Shown: positions 34,028 to 46,400, counted from the stretch's first letter. The stretch is 64,000 nt of DNA from Mantamonas sphyraenae STR306 (GCA_026936335.1 JAPMXV010000044.1:372001-436000); one strand, 5' to 3'. Translations and numbers: made by a program. Notes: generated by a model from the letters alone, not told the origin.

Positions 34028-35077
34028 ATGGAGGGGGTGTTTCAGCTCGTTGCCGACTTGGAGGGGTCCAAGGAGGACGTGATGCTGGCTGAGCTCGCCC
34101 AAGAGGCACTCCAGGCTTTGGGAACGGAGGCTGAAATGACGGTGATGGGCGAGATGGAGAAGCAGTGCCATGCATTGCTGCACAAAGGGGATTGGAAGCA
34201 GACTCGGATTGAACTGCGCCTGTTCTACGCTGCCATTGCCCTCTCCATGGCCACACACACACAGGATGTCGCCTGGATCGACAGGGGCATCCTATTTGGT
34301 CCCGTTGACATTGTCGAACCGACCACCGACCTCGACGCGGCCTACGCCACGCTCCTGGACAAGCTTCTTCCTCGCGCCCCGGATGGCAACTGGGAGGACG
34401 ACCCAGCCCTGTCGCCGTTGCACACCAGCGACGATGGGACACAGGACAGCCACAGCGGCCAGGCGGCGATGTCGCTGATGGAGTTTGGGAGGTATGTGGC
34501 TGAGAAGGAAGCGGTGGTGCTGAAGGGGGTGTTGGATGGCTGGCCTGCCATGTGGCGGTGGCAGCAGGACGGATACCTGAAGGAGTGTGTGTGGGGGCGG
34601 ACGATCCCAATCGAGGTGGGGAGCAGCTACCAGAGCGACGAATGGGAGGTGCAGCTGTGGGAGGGGCAGGAGTTTGTGGCAGCACTGCAGGAGGAGGATG
34701 GGCAGACGGGGAAGCTGCCGTACATGGCCCAACACGACCTCATGCGACAGATACCGCGGCTGTACGGGGATGTGTGTGTGCCAGACTACTGTGTGGGGCT
34801 GGTGGAGGGCGGAGGGGAAGTGGAGCCGCAGATGCGGATGTGGTGGGGACCTGGAGGGACACATTCACCGTGGCACAGTGACCCGTACGACAACATTCTG
34901 TGTCAGGTGCGAGGGAGGAAGCGTGTGCTGCTGAAGCGGGGCGAGGAGGAGGAAGAGGAGAAGGAAGTGGTCGTGGAAGTGGAACTGGGGCCAGGGGACG
35001 CGTTGTTCATTCCGAAAGGACATCTTCATGACGTGACGAGTCTGTGTGTGTCGATATCAGTCAGCTTCTGGTGCTGA
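34028..35077 (+). CDS. KDM8: JmjC 2OG oxygenase, JMJD5/KDM8-like
   Basis: LHKGDWK, WPAM.RW, GRTIPIEVGSSY...W, YMAQHDL..QIPRL..D..VPDYC, WWGP.GT.SP.HSD, H in IPKGHLH, SISVSFW. Confidence 0.88.
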   Translation: MEGVFQLVADLEGSKEDVMLAELAQEALQALGTEAEMTVMGEMEKQCHALLHKGDWKQTRIELRLFYAAIALSMATHTQDVAWIDRGILFGPVDIVEPTTDLDAAYATLLDKLLPRAPDGNWEDDPALSPLHTSDDGTQDSHSGQAAMSLMEFGRYVAEKEAVVLKGVLDGWPAMWRWQQDGYLKECVWGRTIPIEVGSSYQSDEWEVQLWEGQEFVAALQEEDGQTGKLPYMAQHDLMRQIPRLYGDVCVPDYCVGLVEGGGEVEPQMRMWWGPGGTHSPWHSDPYDNILCQVRGRKRVLLKRGEEEEEEKEVVVEVELGPGDALFIPKGHLHDVTSLCVSISVSFWC

Positions 35078-35125
35078 GGGTGTGTGTGTGGGGTGTGGTG
35101 CCGCTCGTAGGCTCCGCCAAATGAC

Positions 35126-36199
35126 ATGGAGACGCGCTTCCCCAAAACGACCCCGTCACTGCCAACCAATCCCCACCGGTGCAACACAGACAGCTCACCA
35201 ATTCCCCCCATGCCAGTCTCCAAAGAAGTCAAGAACGCCATCAACCGGCTTTACACCTCTGTCACGTTTGGAAAGGTCATTGACCCCATGCTGAAGCTCA
35301 CCGTGGTTCTGCTTCTTCTCATGCTCACTGCTTCCCGCGCGGACGAATTCAAGACGGTGCTGTGTCTCAAAGGCACGAAAGCAGCTGTGTCCACAGTCAC
35401 AGACCCGCGAAAGTGGTCCAAGGACGACGAGGCCAGCCTCTTCTGGTCGTACAAATACCAAAAGAGCCTCAGCATCGATCCCTTTCTCGTAGCCACATTC
35501 GCACTCAGTTTCCTGCTGTACTACTTGCGCGTGGAACATGTCCGCGTGACAAAACATGCGTTTGAGATCATGCTGACCAAGGCGGAGCGGGACCTGCCCG
35601 ACCACGATTCCACTCCCAAAACGGACGACGAATGGTCAGTTGCACATCCCAAGAGCGCGCGATGATGGAGTGTTGCGATGGGAGATTGTTTCAAATGATC
35701 TGCTGACACACAAAGACAGGGTGAGTGCTGTGCTTCCTCGCTGCCGGCTGCATTCACATCACCACCCCCACCACCACTAACACACACTCCCCCTTGCCAG
35801 TTCGAGCGCATGCACGTTGTCCTGGACTTTGTCTACACGCATTGCAACCAGTACGACATGACCTTGGTCATTCTGGACCTTGTGAACGTCTTGGTTTCCT
35901 CCGTCCTCGTTGGCCGTCTGGTTTCGATGAACGTTGCCAGTGCAAACATCCTCCCACCCAACTGTGCAACCGCAGACTTTGAAGTGACTGTGATCTCCCG
36001 TTGGGTGCTTGTCTCGGCCATTCTCTGCACCATCGTCATGGTGCTGATTTCGCTAGCCACCTGCTCATTCAATGGCTCACGCGTGGCGGGATACAACATG
36101 GCCAACATCATGGTGGACAACGTGATGGTCAAGCGACTTGTGTCCTTGCGCATGGAAGGTCCAGCGGAGGAGAAGCAAACAGAATCCGGAACGATCTGA
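35126..36199 (+). CDS. Hypothetical 4-TM membrane protein; model includes a 1-nt exon at 35720
   Basis: Exons 35126 (or 35210)-35634, 35720, 35801-36199. Two ORFs with two TM helices each are joined in frame only through the microexon (..DDE-W-FERMH..). Confidence 0.6.
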
Positions 36200-36279
36200 A
36201 CTCAAACTTTCATTCACACATTCACACACTTGCTGAGAGGACCAACGGCCAGTCTCTGGTGCTGAACAGTTGTGCACAA

Positions 36280-39200
36280 CTAACGCACAATGCCGGCGAA
36301 AATGCGGTTTCCGTCGCTGCCGCGCACATCGATGCCCGCATACGCGTCGAGCAAAAAGGCGATGCCGGCCACGAGCACAAAGAGCAGGACCATGACGGCA
36401 AGAGCACGCAGGGTGGACTTGAGGTCGCCTGTCTTGCGCTTGGGGCCGAGCACAGCCAGCAGGGCCGAAAACAGCGTCAAACTGTACACAATGCTCAGCG
36501 ACAGGGTCACTGCAATGATGATGCCAAACTTGGCAAACACCACAATCTGGGTGAAGCACAGCACGATGGCTGCGCCGATTGTCGTCACCGAGCTCACAAA
36601 CATGCTCACGCCCATCTCAGTCAGCGCTTCGCGAACACGCTGCTGCCTGCTCTTCTCCGGGTCGTGCTTGCCTGCCGTCGAGTACGCCTCGCCCAGATGC
36701 AGGCAATAATCCACAGAGAGGCCCACCAGGATGCTGATGGAGATGGCCTCCACCGCGCCCAGCGTCCAGCCTTGCAACACAAAGAAGCCCAGCATGCACA
36801 GCGTGATGCACGCAATCGTAAAGATGGCCGACAGTGCAATGCGCATCGAGCCGATAAACACGTACATCACAAAGAACGCAGTCACCATCGAGATCATGAT
36901 GCCGTACACCACGCCGTTCACAGCGCTCACCTCGGTCATCATGGCCACCCAGTTTGGCGACGTGTGGTACATCTTGTTGGCCGACGCCGGCGCCTCCTTG
37001 TTCGCCTTGATCGCAAACTTCTCCCATTGTTCGTAAAAGGGAAGCATCACAAAGCTGGGCAGATTCTCCTTGGCCACACCCAGCGCCTCCGCCACCACGT
37101 ACAGCACACGCTTCGCTCGTCCGTTTTCGTCGTACTCCAGACGCACGTCCTGGCGGAACTTGATGTTGCCCGTCGCCACGTAGTAGTCAAATGTGTCCAG
37201 GAAGTAACGCTTGTCCGTCACCGGGAACGGCGTCGTTCCGTTGTCCTTCTTCAGGATCCACTCCTTGTAGCCGCTCATCACACAGCGGCCTCCGCCTCCC
37301 TCCACAAACACCAACGACGTGTCGTTAAGTGCGTCCAGACACGTCTTGACAAGGTGTTCCTGCGCCGCAGGGTCCGTCAGGTCAAACGTCGTGTCGTACA
37401 GCGGCGTGCCCACGTTTTCGCTCAGCGGATCGTTCTGGTCGGCCGTGCTTCGGTCGATGCCCTTCAGTCCCCACACCATGGACACGGTGACACGCGCCAG
37501 CTCCAACGGGGGCGAAGGGAAGCAGGCGTTGCTGCCTCCACACACGCCGCACAAGTCGTACTGAGTGCCCGAGTTGGGAATCCCGTCGCAGCCTGCACAC
37601 GTGCCGTTGTTGCCCGCACACACACCACACCCATCCATGGTGGAATTGGCATACTGTGGTAGTGTGCACACGCCACAATAGTCGTAGCGCAGGCCCGAAT
37701 TCGGCACTCCATCGCATCCTGCGCACGTTGCGTTTGTGCCGTTGCACACGCCACACGCGTCAAGCACAGCCGTGCCGTTAATTGTGCCCGCACAGTCCGC
37801 GCACGACGAGCCGTTGCCTGCACACACGCCGCACCCGTCAAACTGCAAGCCCGAGTTTGGCACGCCATCGCAGCCGCGGCACGTGCTGTTGTCCCCAAAG
37901 CAGACGTCACACAGGTCTCGCGACGCATTGGTGTTGGATCCTGGAGGCACGCACGACCCGCAGCTGTCATTGAAATAACCCGAGTTTGGCTTGCCGTCGC
38001 ATCCTGCACACGTGCTGTTGTCGCCTCCGCACACGCCGCACCCGTCGTACACCGCACCCGAGTTCGGAATGCCGTCACATCCCGCGCATGTCTTGTTCGC
38101 ATTGGCTGCCGTCACGCACAGGCCGCACGCATCGTAGCTCTTGCCGGAGAAAAACACGCCGTCGCACCCTCGGCACGTGCCGTTGTTGCCTCCACACACG
38201 CCGCACACGTCGTACACCGCACCCGAATTGGGAATCCCATCACATCCCGCGCATGTCTTGTTCGCATTGGCTGCCGTCACACACAGACCGCACGCGTCGT
38301 AGCTCTTGCCCGAGTTCGGTACGCCGTCGCATCCTGTGCACGTTGCGTTGTTGCCAGCACACACGCCGCAGGCATCGTACACCGCACCCGAGTTGGGGAT
38401 GCCGTCACATCCCGCGCATGTCTTGTTCGCATTGGCTGCCGTCACGCACAGGCCACACGCATCGTAGCTCTTGCCCGAGTTGGGTGCGCCGTCGCAGCCC
38501 GCACACGTTGCGTTGTTGCCGCCACACACGCCGCAGGCATCGTACACCTTTCCACTCTTGGGCACACCGTCGCACCCGAGACAGGTGCTGTTGTTGCCGT
38601 CGCACACGCCGCACGCATCAAACTTCTTGTTGCTTCCTCCGACGCCGTCGCACCCGATGCATGTGCTGTTGTCTCCGCCACAAATGCCGCAGGCGTCAAA
38701 CACTGCGCCACTGCCTGCCACTTCGTCGCACCCGATGGCCTCATCCACCACAGAGGTCACGTTGTAGCCCAAGCTTGTGCCGTTGCCCACCGCTGCCTGC
38801 ACGTCGTTCGACGACGTCACCTTTGGATTGCTGGCGATCTCCACCACCACAATCACCGATCCGCTCTTGACCGACTTGAGCACAATCAAGTCCACAGAGA
38901 TGTTCAGCTGCCTGGCCAGGTTCTCTTTGAACAGCGTTTCGTTGAACGTAGACACAGATCCCTGCATCGTGATCTTGGTCACCACCGACGTGTTGCTCAC
39001 GGGCTGTGTGCACGACGTTCCGTTGCCGTTGATGATACCACATGCGTCTCGGCACGACGACGAGTCGCCTGCACACACGCCACACAGATCGTACACTGCA
39101 CCGCTGTTTGGAATCCCGTCACATCCCGCGCACGTCTTGTTCGCATTGGCTGCCGTCACACACAAACCACAGCCGTCGTAGCTCTTGCCCGAGTTGACAA

Positions 39201-42031
39201 TGCCGTCGCAGCCCGTGCACGTTGCGTTGTTGCCTCCACACACGCCGCAGGCGTCATATGCAGCACCCGAATTGGGGATGCCGTCACATCCCGCGCACGT
39301 CTTGTTCGCATTGGCTGCCGTCACACACAGACCGCACGCGTCGTAGCTCTTGCCCGAGTTGACGATGCCGTCGCAGCCCGTGCACGTTGCGTTGTTGCCT
39401 CCACACACGCCGCAGGCATCATATGCCACTCCCGAATTCACGACGCCGTCACAGCCCCTGCAGGTTGAATTTGTGCCACCGCAGACGCCGCATGCGTCGT
39501 ACACCTTGCCCGAATTGGCAACGCCGTCACAGCCCTTGGTTGCACACGTGCTGTTGTCGCCGTTGCACACGCCGCACGCGTCCAACAGGCTACCCGAGTT
39601 GGGAATGCCGTCGCAGCCTGCGCAAGTGCTGTTGTTTCCTCCGCACACCCCGCAGCCGTCGTACACCAGGCCCGAATTGGGCACGCCGTTGCAGCCTGCA
39701 CATGAGCTGCCATTGCCTCCGCACACACCGCACGCATCGTACGCCTTTGGGGGCACCTTGACGACGCCGTCACATCCGGTGCACGTTGCATTGTTGCCAT
39801 TGCACACGCCGCATGCGTCTAGAGTGGCGCCGCTGTTGGGGATGCCGTCGCAGCCTGCACAAGTGCTGTTGTTGCCTCCGCACACACCGCAGCCGTCGTA
39901 ACGAGCAGGCGGGTTTGCGGCCACGCCGTTGCATCCCACACACGTCGAAGCGTCGCCTCCACACACGCCGCACACGTCGTATGTCCTGCCGCTTCCCTGC
40001 ACGCCGTCGCACCCAGGACACGAGCTGCTGTCGCCGTCGCACACGCCACAAATGTCGTACACCTTTCCCGAGTTGGGTACACCGTCGCAGCCCAAGCAGC
40101 TAGTGCCGTCGCCGCCGCACACGTTGCACTGGTCCACAACACGGCCCGAGTTGGGCACGCCATCGCACCCGAGGCATGCGTTGTTGCCTCCACACACGCC
40201 GCAGCGGTCGTATCGTCGCGTGCCCACATTCCCTGCGTACACTACGCCGTCGCATCCGATGCAGGCTGTGCCGTCGCCGTCGCACACGTTGCACCTGTCC
40301 AACACCTTGCCCGAATTCGGCACACCGTCACAACCGTTGCCGGCTCCAATGTCTGTCAGGCACGCGCGGCATCGTCCCGCCTCGGTGAACGACTTGCTCT
40401 GGTCCGTGAAGCGTTGGATGTTGTGGGAGTCGGGGAAGAACTGCGGCAGTTCGTCTGCTGGCTTCATCTGCACCGTAAACACGGCGCCGACCACGGCCAA
40501 GCCCACAAACAAAACAATGACCACGTAGCGTGCGGCGTACAGGCCGTCTGTGTAGTATGTCTGGAAGAAGCGCTCCATGACTCCCAGCTTGGCCGCAGGC
40601 GCTTCGTCCCACGTCGACTCGGCTGTGGAAATCGTGGCACGGATCGTACCCACGCGCACTGTGGTCTTGCCATTGCTGTTCGCCAGCTTCTTGCTCAATG
40701 CGCGCGTCTCCTCATCTTCGGTGTCATCCACATTCGTCACCGCCGCTTTGACGCTGCTCGTGTCGCTGCCGCTGTCGTTGTCGTCCGAGTTGCGGCCACA
40801 GGAACAGCAGCCTCCATCGTCGTCCAGCACCTCGCCCGTCTTTGCGTCGTACCGCTCCCGCGCACACACGCACGTGCCGCACTTGCCAAAGTATTTGTAG
40901 TGGATGCAGACAATGGCTGGGAAGAGCGTCATGACCAGCACGTAGTTCATGGTCACCATCAGGGACATAAAGATGCCAAACAGGCGAATGGCAGGGATTT
41001 CCGAGACGATGTTGGCTGCAAACGCACCGGCGGTGGTCAGCGAGGTGATCAGCATGGCCTTGCCCGAATGCGTGTACGTGAAGCCCATGCGCTTGTTGAT
41101 GTCGCGCGTCACCGTGCCCGACTGCCGAAAGTGGTCCACGTAGATGAAGATGTCGTCCACGCCAATGCCCAGAATGATAAAGATGGCCAGGCCGTTCATC
41201 ACGCCCACCACCTTGACCCCGAGCAGGCCTCGGTACAGGAAATACACCGAGGGGAACGACATCAAGATCTGGATCATGCCGCCCATGCTGATGAACAGCG
41301 AGCGCGTGTGCAGCCACAACAGGAGGAATACCGACCCCAGCGAGATGAGCGCCAGCTGGATATCCTCGTAGAACGTGCGTAGGAGCTGGTCTTGCGTGAT
41401 GAAATCTCCACCAAAGGACAGCCGCACATCCTTCGTCTCATACGTGGGCAGGACGTCGATGTACTTTGTGATGAACGCCGTGAAGATGGCCTGCTGCGCC
41501 GTCTTGCGGTCGTACTCGTCTCTGTAGCCATCGAGGGGAGTGCCAAAGTGAAACGTGCTTCGCAAGTAGCTGCTCTTGAGGTTGTCCCTGTTGAAGGACT
41601 TGTCCACGTAAAAGTAGTTGCCCGACTTGAGGATGCCCAGCATGGTTGTCTGCACGTCGGCCATGGTGTTGCCGCGGCCGTCCCACTTGGTGGAGCCCGT
41701 CTCCGAGTTGTTGCTCGGATAGAAAAAGTTCATGACGGTGTGTGGCGGCAGGCAGTCGTACGCGTAGTTGTCCTGGCGCCAGCAAAAGTCGCTGTATCCG
41801 GCAAACGCCACAATCTTCTTTTCGATCTCGCGCACCTGGGCAATGAAATCGGCCTGCAGCATGTTGGTGCCGTTCACACGATGCTCGTAAATGACATTAA
41901 GCAACCACGTGGACTTGATGCGCCTGCCTGTGCTTGCGTTGGCCGTGCGTTCGTGTCCGTTCTCTTCCAATTGCAGGTTACGCAACAGTTGATCCTCTGT
42001 GCTGCGTGTGTGCTGCGCCTGAGCATCACTC

Positions 42032-42062
<31 letters not shown>

Positions 42063-43282
42063 CCGCGTCTGCGCTGTGCAGACGACGCGAAAGCTGGTTG
42101 TATCGTGCAACGCCCCTCAGCGCCTGGCTGCTTACACCTCGCATGCGGGCATACTCCATGGCCATACGTTCCACCAGACTCAGACTCTCTCGTGTGTCTG
42201 CTTCCTGGTCTTCACGTGTGCGCGTCCCCTCTGCGCCTGCACGGCGTATTGCTTCGGCAGGGTCGTTCTGTCCAAAAACGGAGCGCAACGACGCCGCCGA
42301 CGTCCGTGTCCGTGTACTGCCTGCTGCCACCTCTGCCGACGAGGACGACGAGGCTGTCAGCGCACTCGATGAGCTGCTGGGTTTGTCGAGGTAAAAAGTT
42401 TGGTTGGAAGGCCTGGCTGTGGGCACGTTGATGGCCGCCGTCATGCCGTCCTCCCGCTCTGCCACAAAGTGATCCTGGATGCGAAACGCGCCGATGCCAA
42501 AATCGATGGTTACGTCTGGATACAGCACGTACGCGCCTGCACCCATGCCCAACTGCGCACGCGTGGTTGCGATGGTGTCAGGGGCCGGGTCTCTGTGATC
42601 TCAATTCACACGGGCACGCAGCCGTTTCCTCCACCCGTCACGGGTGGCCACAGCATCGCTCGCACGCACAACATACCGGAATGCAGAGAAAGAGAACAAA
42701 AAACAAACAGGGTGCTCGCAGAATGAGGTTTGTGAACCAGAACGAGTGACACTCTTGGATGTGTCCAAGGCGCTCTCCGTCCTGGCTGTACCTCGCTTGC
42801 AGCTCCGAGGTGGTTGTGCTTTCGTCACCGGACTTGTCCATTGTGGTCATTTCGATGTCTGCATGTGTGGTGCGGGCAAAGGGGCCAGGGACAATGTCCG
42901 GAGGTGTGAGGGCGTGTGTCTACAAGGTCTCGAACTTGCGCACATGTGCGTTTCCGGGCCGTTTCGAACCTTTTGTCGTGCCACTTTCGGTGCCTTTTGT
43001 CAGCTTGCTCCACAGTGTGCTCTCACCAGAGGCCTTGGGAGCAGTGTCTCCATCCTTGCTGATGGATGACGAGTCCTTGGCGGCCTTGCTTGAAGCCTTG
43101 GGTCGAGTCGACAAGGTGAGCATCTCGCTTTCGTCCGCCTTCCGGTGGGCAGCCACCGTGGGAGACTTGGGTGTTGCTCCAAACCGAGACGACGTCAACT
43201 CTGCCTTTTGTTTGCGTCCGGCTCGCGTCGCAGTGGATCCCTGCGCAACGCCAGAGTTGCCAACCGCGTTCCTGCTGCTCAT
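36280..43282 (-). CDS. Dispatched-family (DISP3/PTCHD2-like) RND protein, about 2236 aa, with a Cys-repeat/SEA insertion
   Basis: Exons 43282-43027, 42858-42677, 42552-36280. TM4 LGIGVDDIF, TM5 AMLITSLTT, TM10 VGLSVDYCLH; ECD1 EIEKKI...FCW...CLPPHTVMNFFYP resembles DISP3. Confidence 0.88.
37520..40335 (-). repeat. About 30 tandem ~26-aa Cys-rich coding repeats (GCDGxPNSGxxYDxCGVCxGxNxTC) interrupted by a SEA-like module
   Basis: Counted in the translation: 16 units before and 14 after the non-repetitive segment at about 38750-38990. Confidence 0.95.
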
Positions 43283-43431
43283 GTCTTTTTTGGTGCCAGC
43301 GGCGCGGCCGTGGATCATTCGAGTCAACCTCACGTGCATGGCACTGTACAACCCTCTTGTTGCTCATGACCATGACCACGTCGATGCATGTCAGGGAAGT
43401 GCCGCGTGTGTGCGTCCAGCCCAAAGGAGAA

Positions 43432-46400
43432 ATGTTTGCCTGCCACCGAACGCTCCACGCACAGACCGGCGTGGATGCTTGTCTGCAGGCCAACTTTTTG
43501 TCGTCGCAGGACACCAATCTGGTGCTGGTCAAGGGCAACATGCTGGAGATCCATCGACTGGTGCAGGCCGGCGAGAGGAACCAGCCCAAGCTGGAGCTGG
43601 CCCATCGCTTCGACCTCTTTGGCGTCCCGCGCAACGTACAGCGCATGCATCTGCGCGACACAGACACAGACGCTTTGCTCATGCAGGTGGACGGTGACAA
43701 GGTAAGGTGGCCCTCGCTGCTGGTCGGGCTCTCTGTGCGACGTGTGCACGCGCCGTGTCACCCTGCACCACCGCGTGTCAGAAAGCCCTCTCCCACTCGC
43801 CCGGCTCCACGCTCACACAGCCCTCCCCACACAGATTGCCATGGTCGACTTTGACCCCAACACAAACGCGTTGCGCACTCTTGCCCTTCGCTCGTTCGAC
43901 AAGTCCAAGTTCCCCGTAAGTTGCGCCTCTTCCCGGGGTCGCATGTTCCGCCAGCCACCCGCTGCTGACACTCGCCTCCCTTGCGGCCGTGGCCCTCTTT
44001 CCCGCGCCCGTCCCTGTCACAGAACGACCGCGCCGAGTTCCAGGCAGATCAAATTCTGCGTGTGGACCCGCAGAACCGCTGCCTGGTGTATCTGGCCTTT
44101 GATCGCAACCTCGTGCTGATCCCCTTTACAGACTACAGCAGCTTCCTGACACTCAAGCGGAGGCACAGGCACCGAACCAAGCTGCAGAGCACAGAAAACG
44201 CTCTGGAGGATATGCAGGTGGGTGTGGACACATACAACCAGGACCACACCTATCTGGGAGGTGAATTGGTGTTGGACCTCGCCGAGCGCGGCATCAACCA
44301 CGTCAAGGACGTCCAATTCCTCCACGGCTACTTCCAACCCACCTTTCTCATCCTCTACGAATCGAAACAAACGTGGGCCGGGCGTGAGGCCATGCTGAAG
44401 AACACATGCTGCGTGCGGGCAATCAGCGTCAACTTGGAAACACGCGCGTTCACAGACATCTGGTCCATGGAAGGGCTGCCGCACAACGCCTTCCGTTTGC
44501 AACCCCTGCCCAAACCCATTGGCGGCGCAGTCATCCTCTGCATCAACGAGCTTGTGTATGCGGACCAGAAGAGCAGTTTTGCGGTCGGCTTGAACCACTT
44601 TGCAGGCTCGCAGCAGGACAAGGCGTACACCATGGACAAGAGCGAGCTCATGGACACGCATCCCATCTCGTTGGATTCCGCACACGTGCTTCTGCTCCAC
44701 AAGTCGCGCATGCTGCTCAACCTGGCTTCCGGCGATCTCTTTCTCGCCGAGCTCTTCACAGACGGCCGCTCCGTCACCGAGATCAAAATCAGCATGGCTG
44801 CGTCCGGCGTGCCCAGCTCCGACATGTGTCTGTTTGCAGACCACTTTTTCTTCATTGCCTCGCACACCTCGGATTCGCTGCTGGTCCAGTTCCACGAGAA
44901 GCGCGACGAAATCGACACTTCCGTCACCAAGCTGGCTCGCACGGAGAACGTCGCAGACGTCAAGGGAGGTTCATCATCATCATCGTCCTCCTCTTCCTCC
45001 TCATCGTCGTGGGCCTTGCTGGACGAGGCGCTGGTCGATCAGGAGTTGTACGACGAGAGCGCCTCGTCCATGTTTGCCACGGTGCAGCATCCGTTTGTGG
45101 GCTATTCCTATGCCGTGTGCGACCAAATGCTGAACGTGGGCCCCATCCATGACTTTGTGGTCACCGAGTCGGTGGACGTACGGCCGGACGTCGACGAAAG
45201 CGTCGATGTGCCCTTCTTGGAAATCCTGGCCTCGTGTGGCACAGACAGCGACGGTAGCCTTGCCATCCTTCAGCAAGGCGTGCGTCCCATCCTTGAGCAC
45301 CGCAACGTGACCTCGTTCCCAGGCTGCAAGGCCCTGTGGTCGGTCAAGTACCGGGGCAAGTTTGAACAGGTTAGCGCAGCGGCGCAACAGGAGGGTGGCA
45401 GTGACGACATGGCTGTGGAGGAAGCAGCCGGAGACGCAGACACTGACGAGGAAGAGGACGAAGAGGAGGAAAACTACGACGCCTTTCTGGTTGTGGGCAT
45501 GGAGGACTCGACGCGTGTGCTGCATGCGGGCGAAAGCCTGAACGAAGTGACACGCGAGGTGGACTTTCTCGTGAACGGCCCCACGGTGTGTGTGGGCAAC
45601 GTGGTGTCCGAGAAACTTGTCGTGCAGGTGCATCGCAACGGAGCTCGCTTGCTGGACGGCGGCAAGGCGGTGTACGATGCCACAGCGCCAGGTGATGTCA
45701 TTGCGGCACAGGTGGAGGATCCGTATGTGCTGCTTGTGCTCAGCCACGGACAGATGCAGGTGTTGCGTACGCAGTGGGCGGAAGAAGACGAGCAGGGACC
45801 CAGCGGCTACAGGCTGGTCGAGCAAAAGGTGGAGTTGACACAGCCCGGCACAGGTACAGTCACGGCCGCCACGGTGGCTCACGACCGTGCAGGCTACTCG
45901 CCCATCTTTTCATCACGTGGTGTGAAGCGCGAGGAGATTCTTCGCCAACAGCAGATGGCCGAAGAGGAGAAGCGCAAGCGACTGTTGGCCGAAGAAGATG
46001 CCATGCAGGAGGAACAGGACAAGGTGGTGGGTGGACGTGCAGGCTCTGCAGCAGCCGCAGCCGCAGCAGCTGCATCGTCGTCGTCTTCATCGTCAAGCAG
46101 CGACGAAGAGACACAGCAGCAACAAGCAACCACGGAAGCGACCCAAGAGGACGAAATGGATGAGGAGGACCTGCTTTTCTACGGAGACAACTTTGGCGTG
46201 ACGGTGACGGAAGACGGTGAAGAGGTGACGACAAGCGAAGCGGCGGGCAGGAAACGCAAGCTGGAGGAGATGCAAGCGGCAGAAACGGCAGCAGCAGTTG
46301 CTGCAGCAGACGGCGAGTTTGAGGACGGCGACGTGGTGTCGCCCATGTTTAGTGTGATCACACGCGGCAACGGAGCGCTGGAAATCTACAAGATGCCCGA

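Noticed and set aside
37520-40335. Regularly spaced DNA repeats as a CRISPR array or mobile element
   Set aside because: They are in-frame protein repeats with synonymous variation inside a eukaryotic gene; no unique spacers, cas genes or transposase.
569-43282. A complete Hedgehog pathway cluster (Patched-like plus Dispatched-like genes)
   Set aside because: No Hedgehog/Hint, Smoothened or Gli gene is in the window, the loci are about 28 kb apart with unrelated genes between, and SSD-RND families are commonly expanded in protists.
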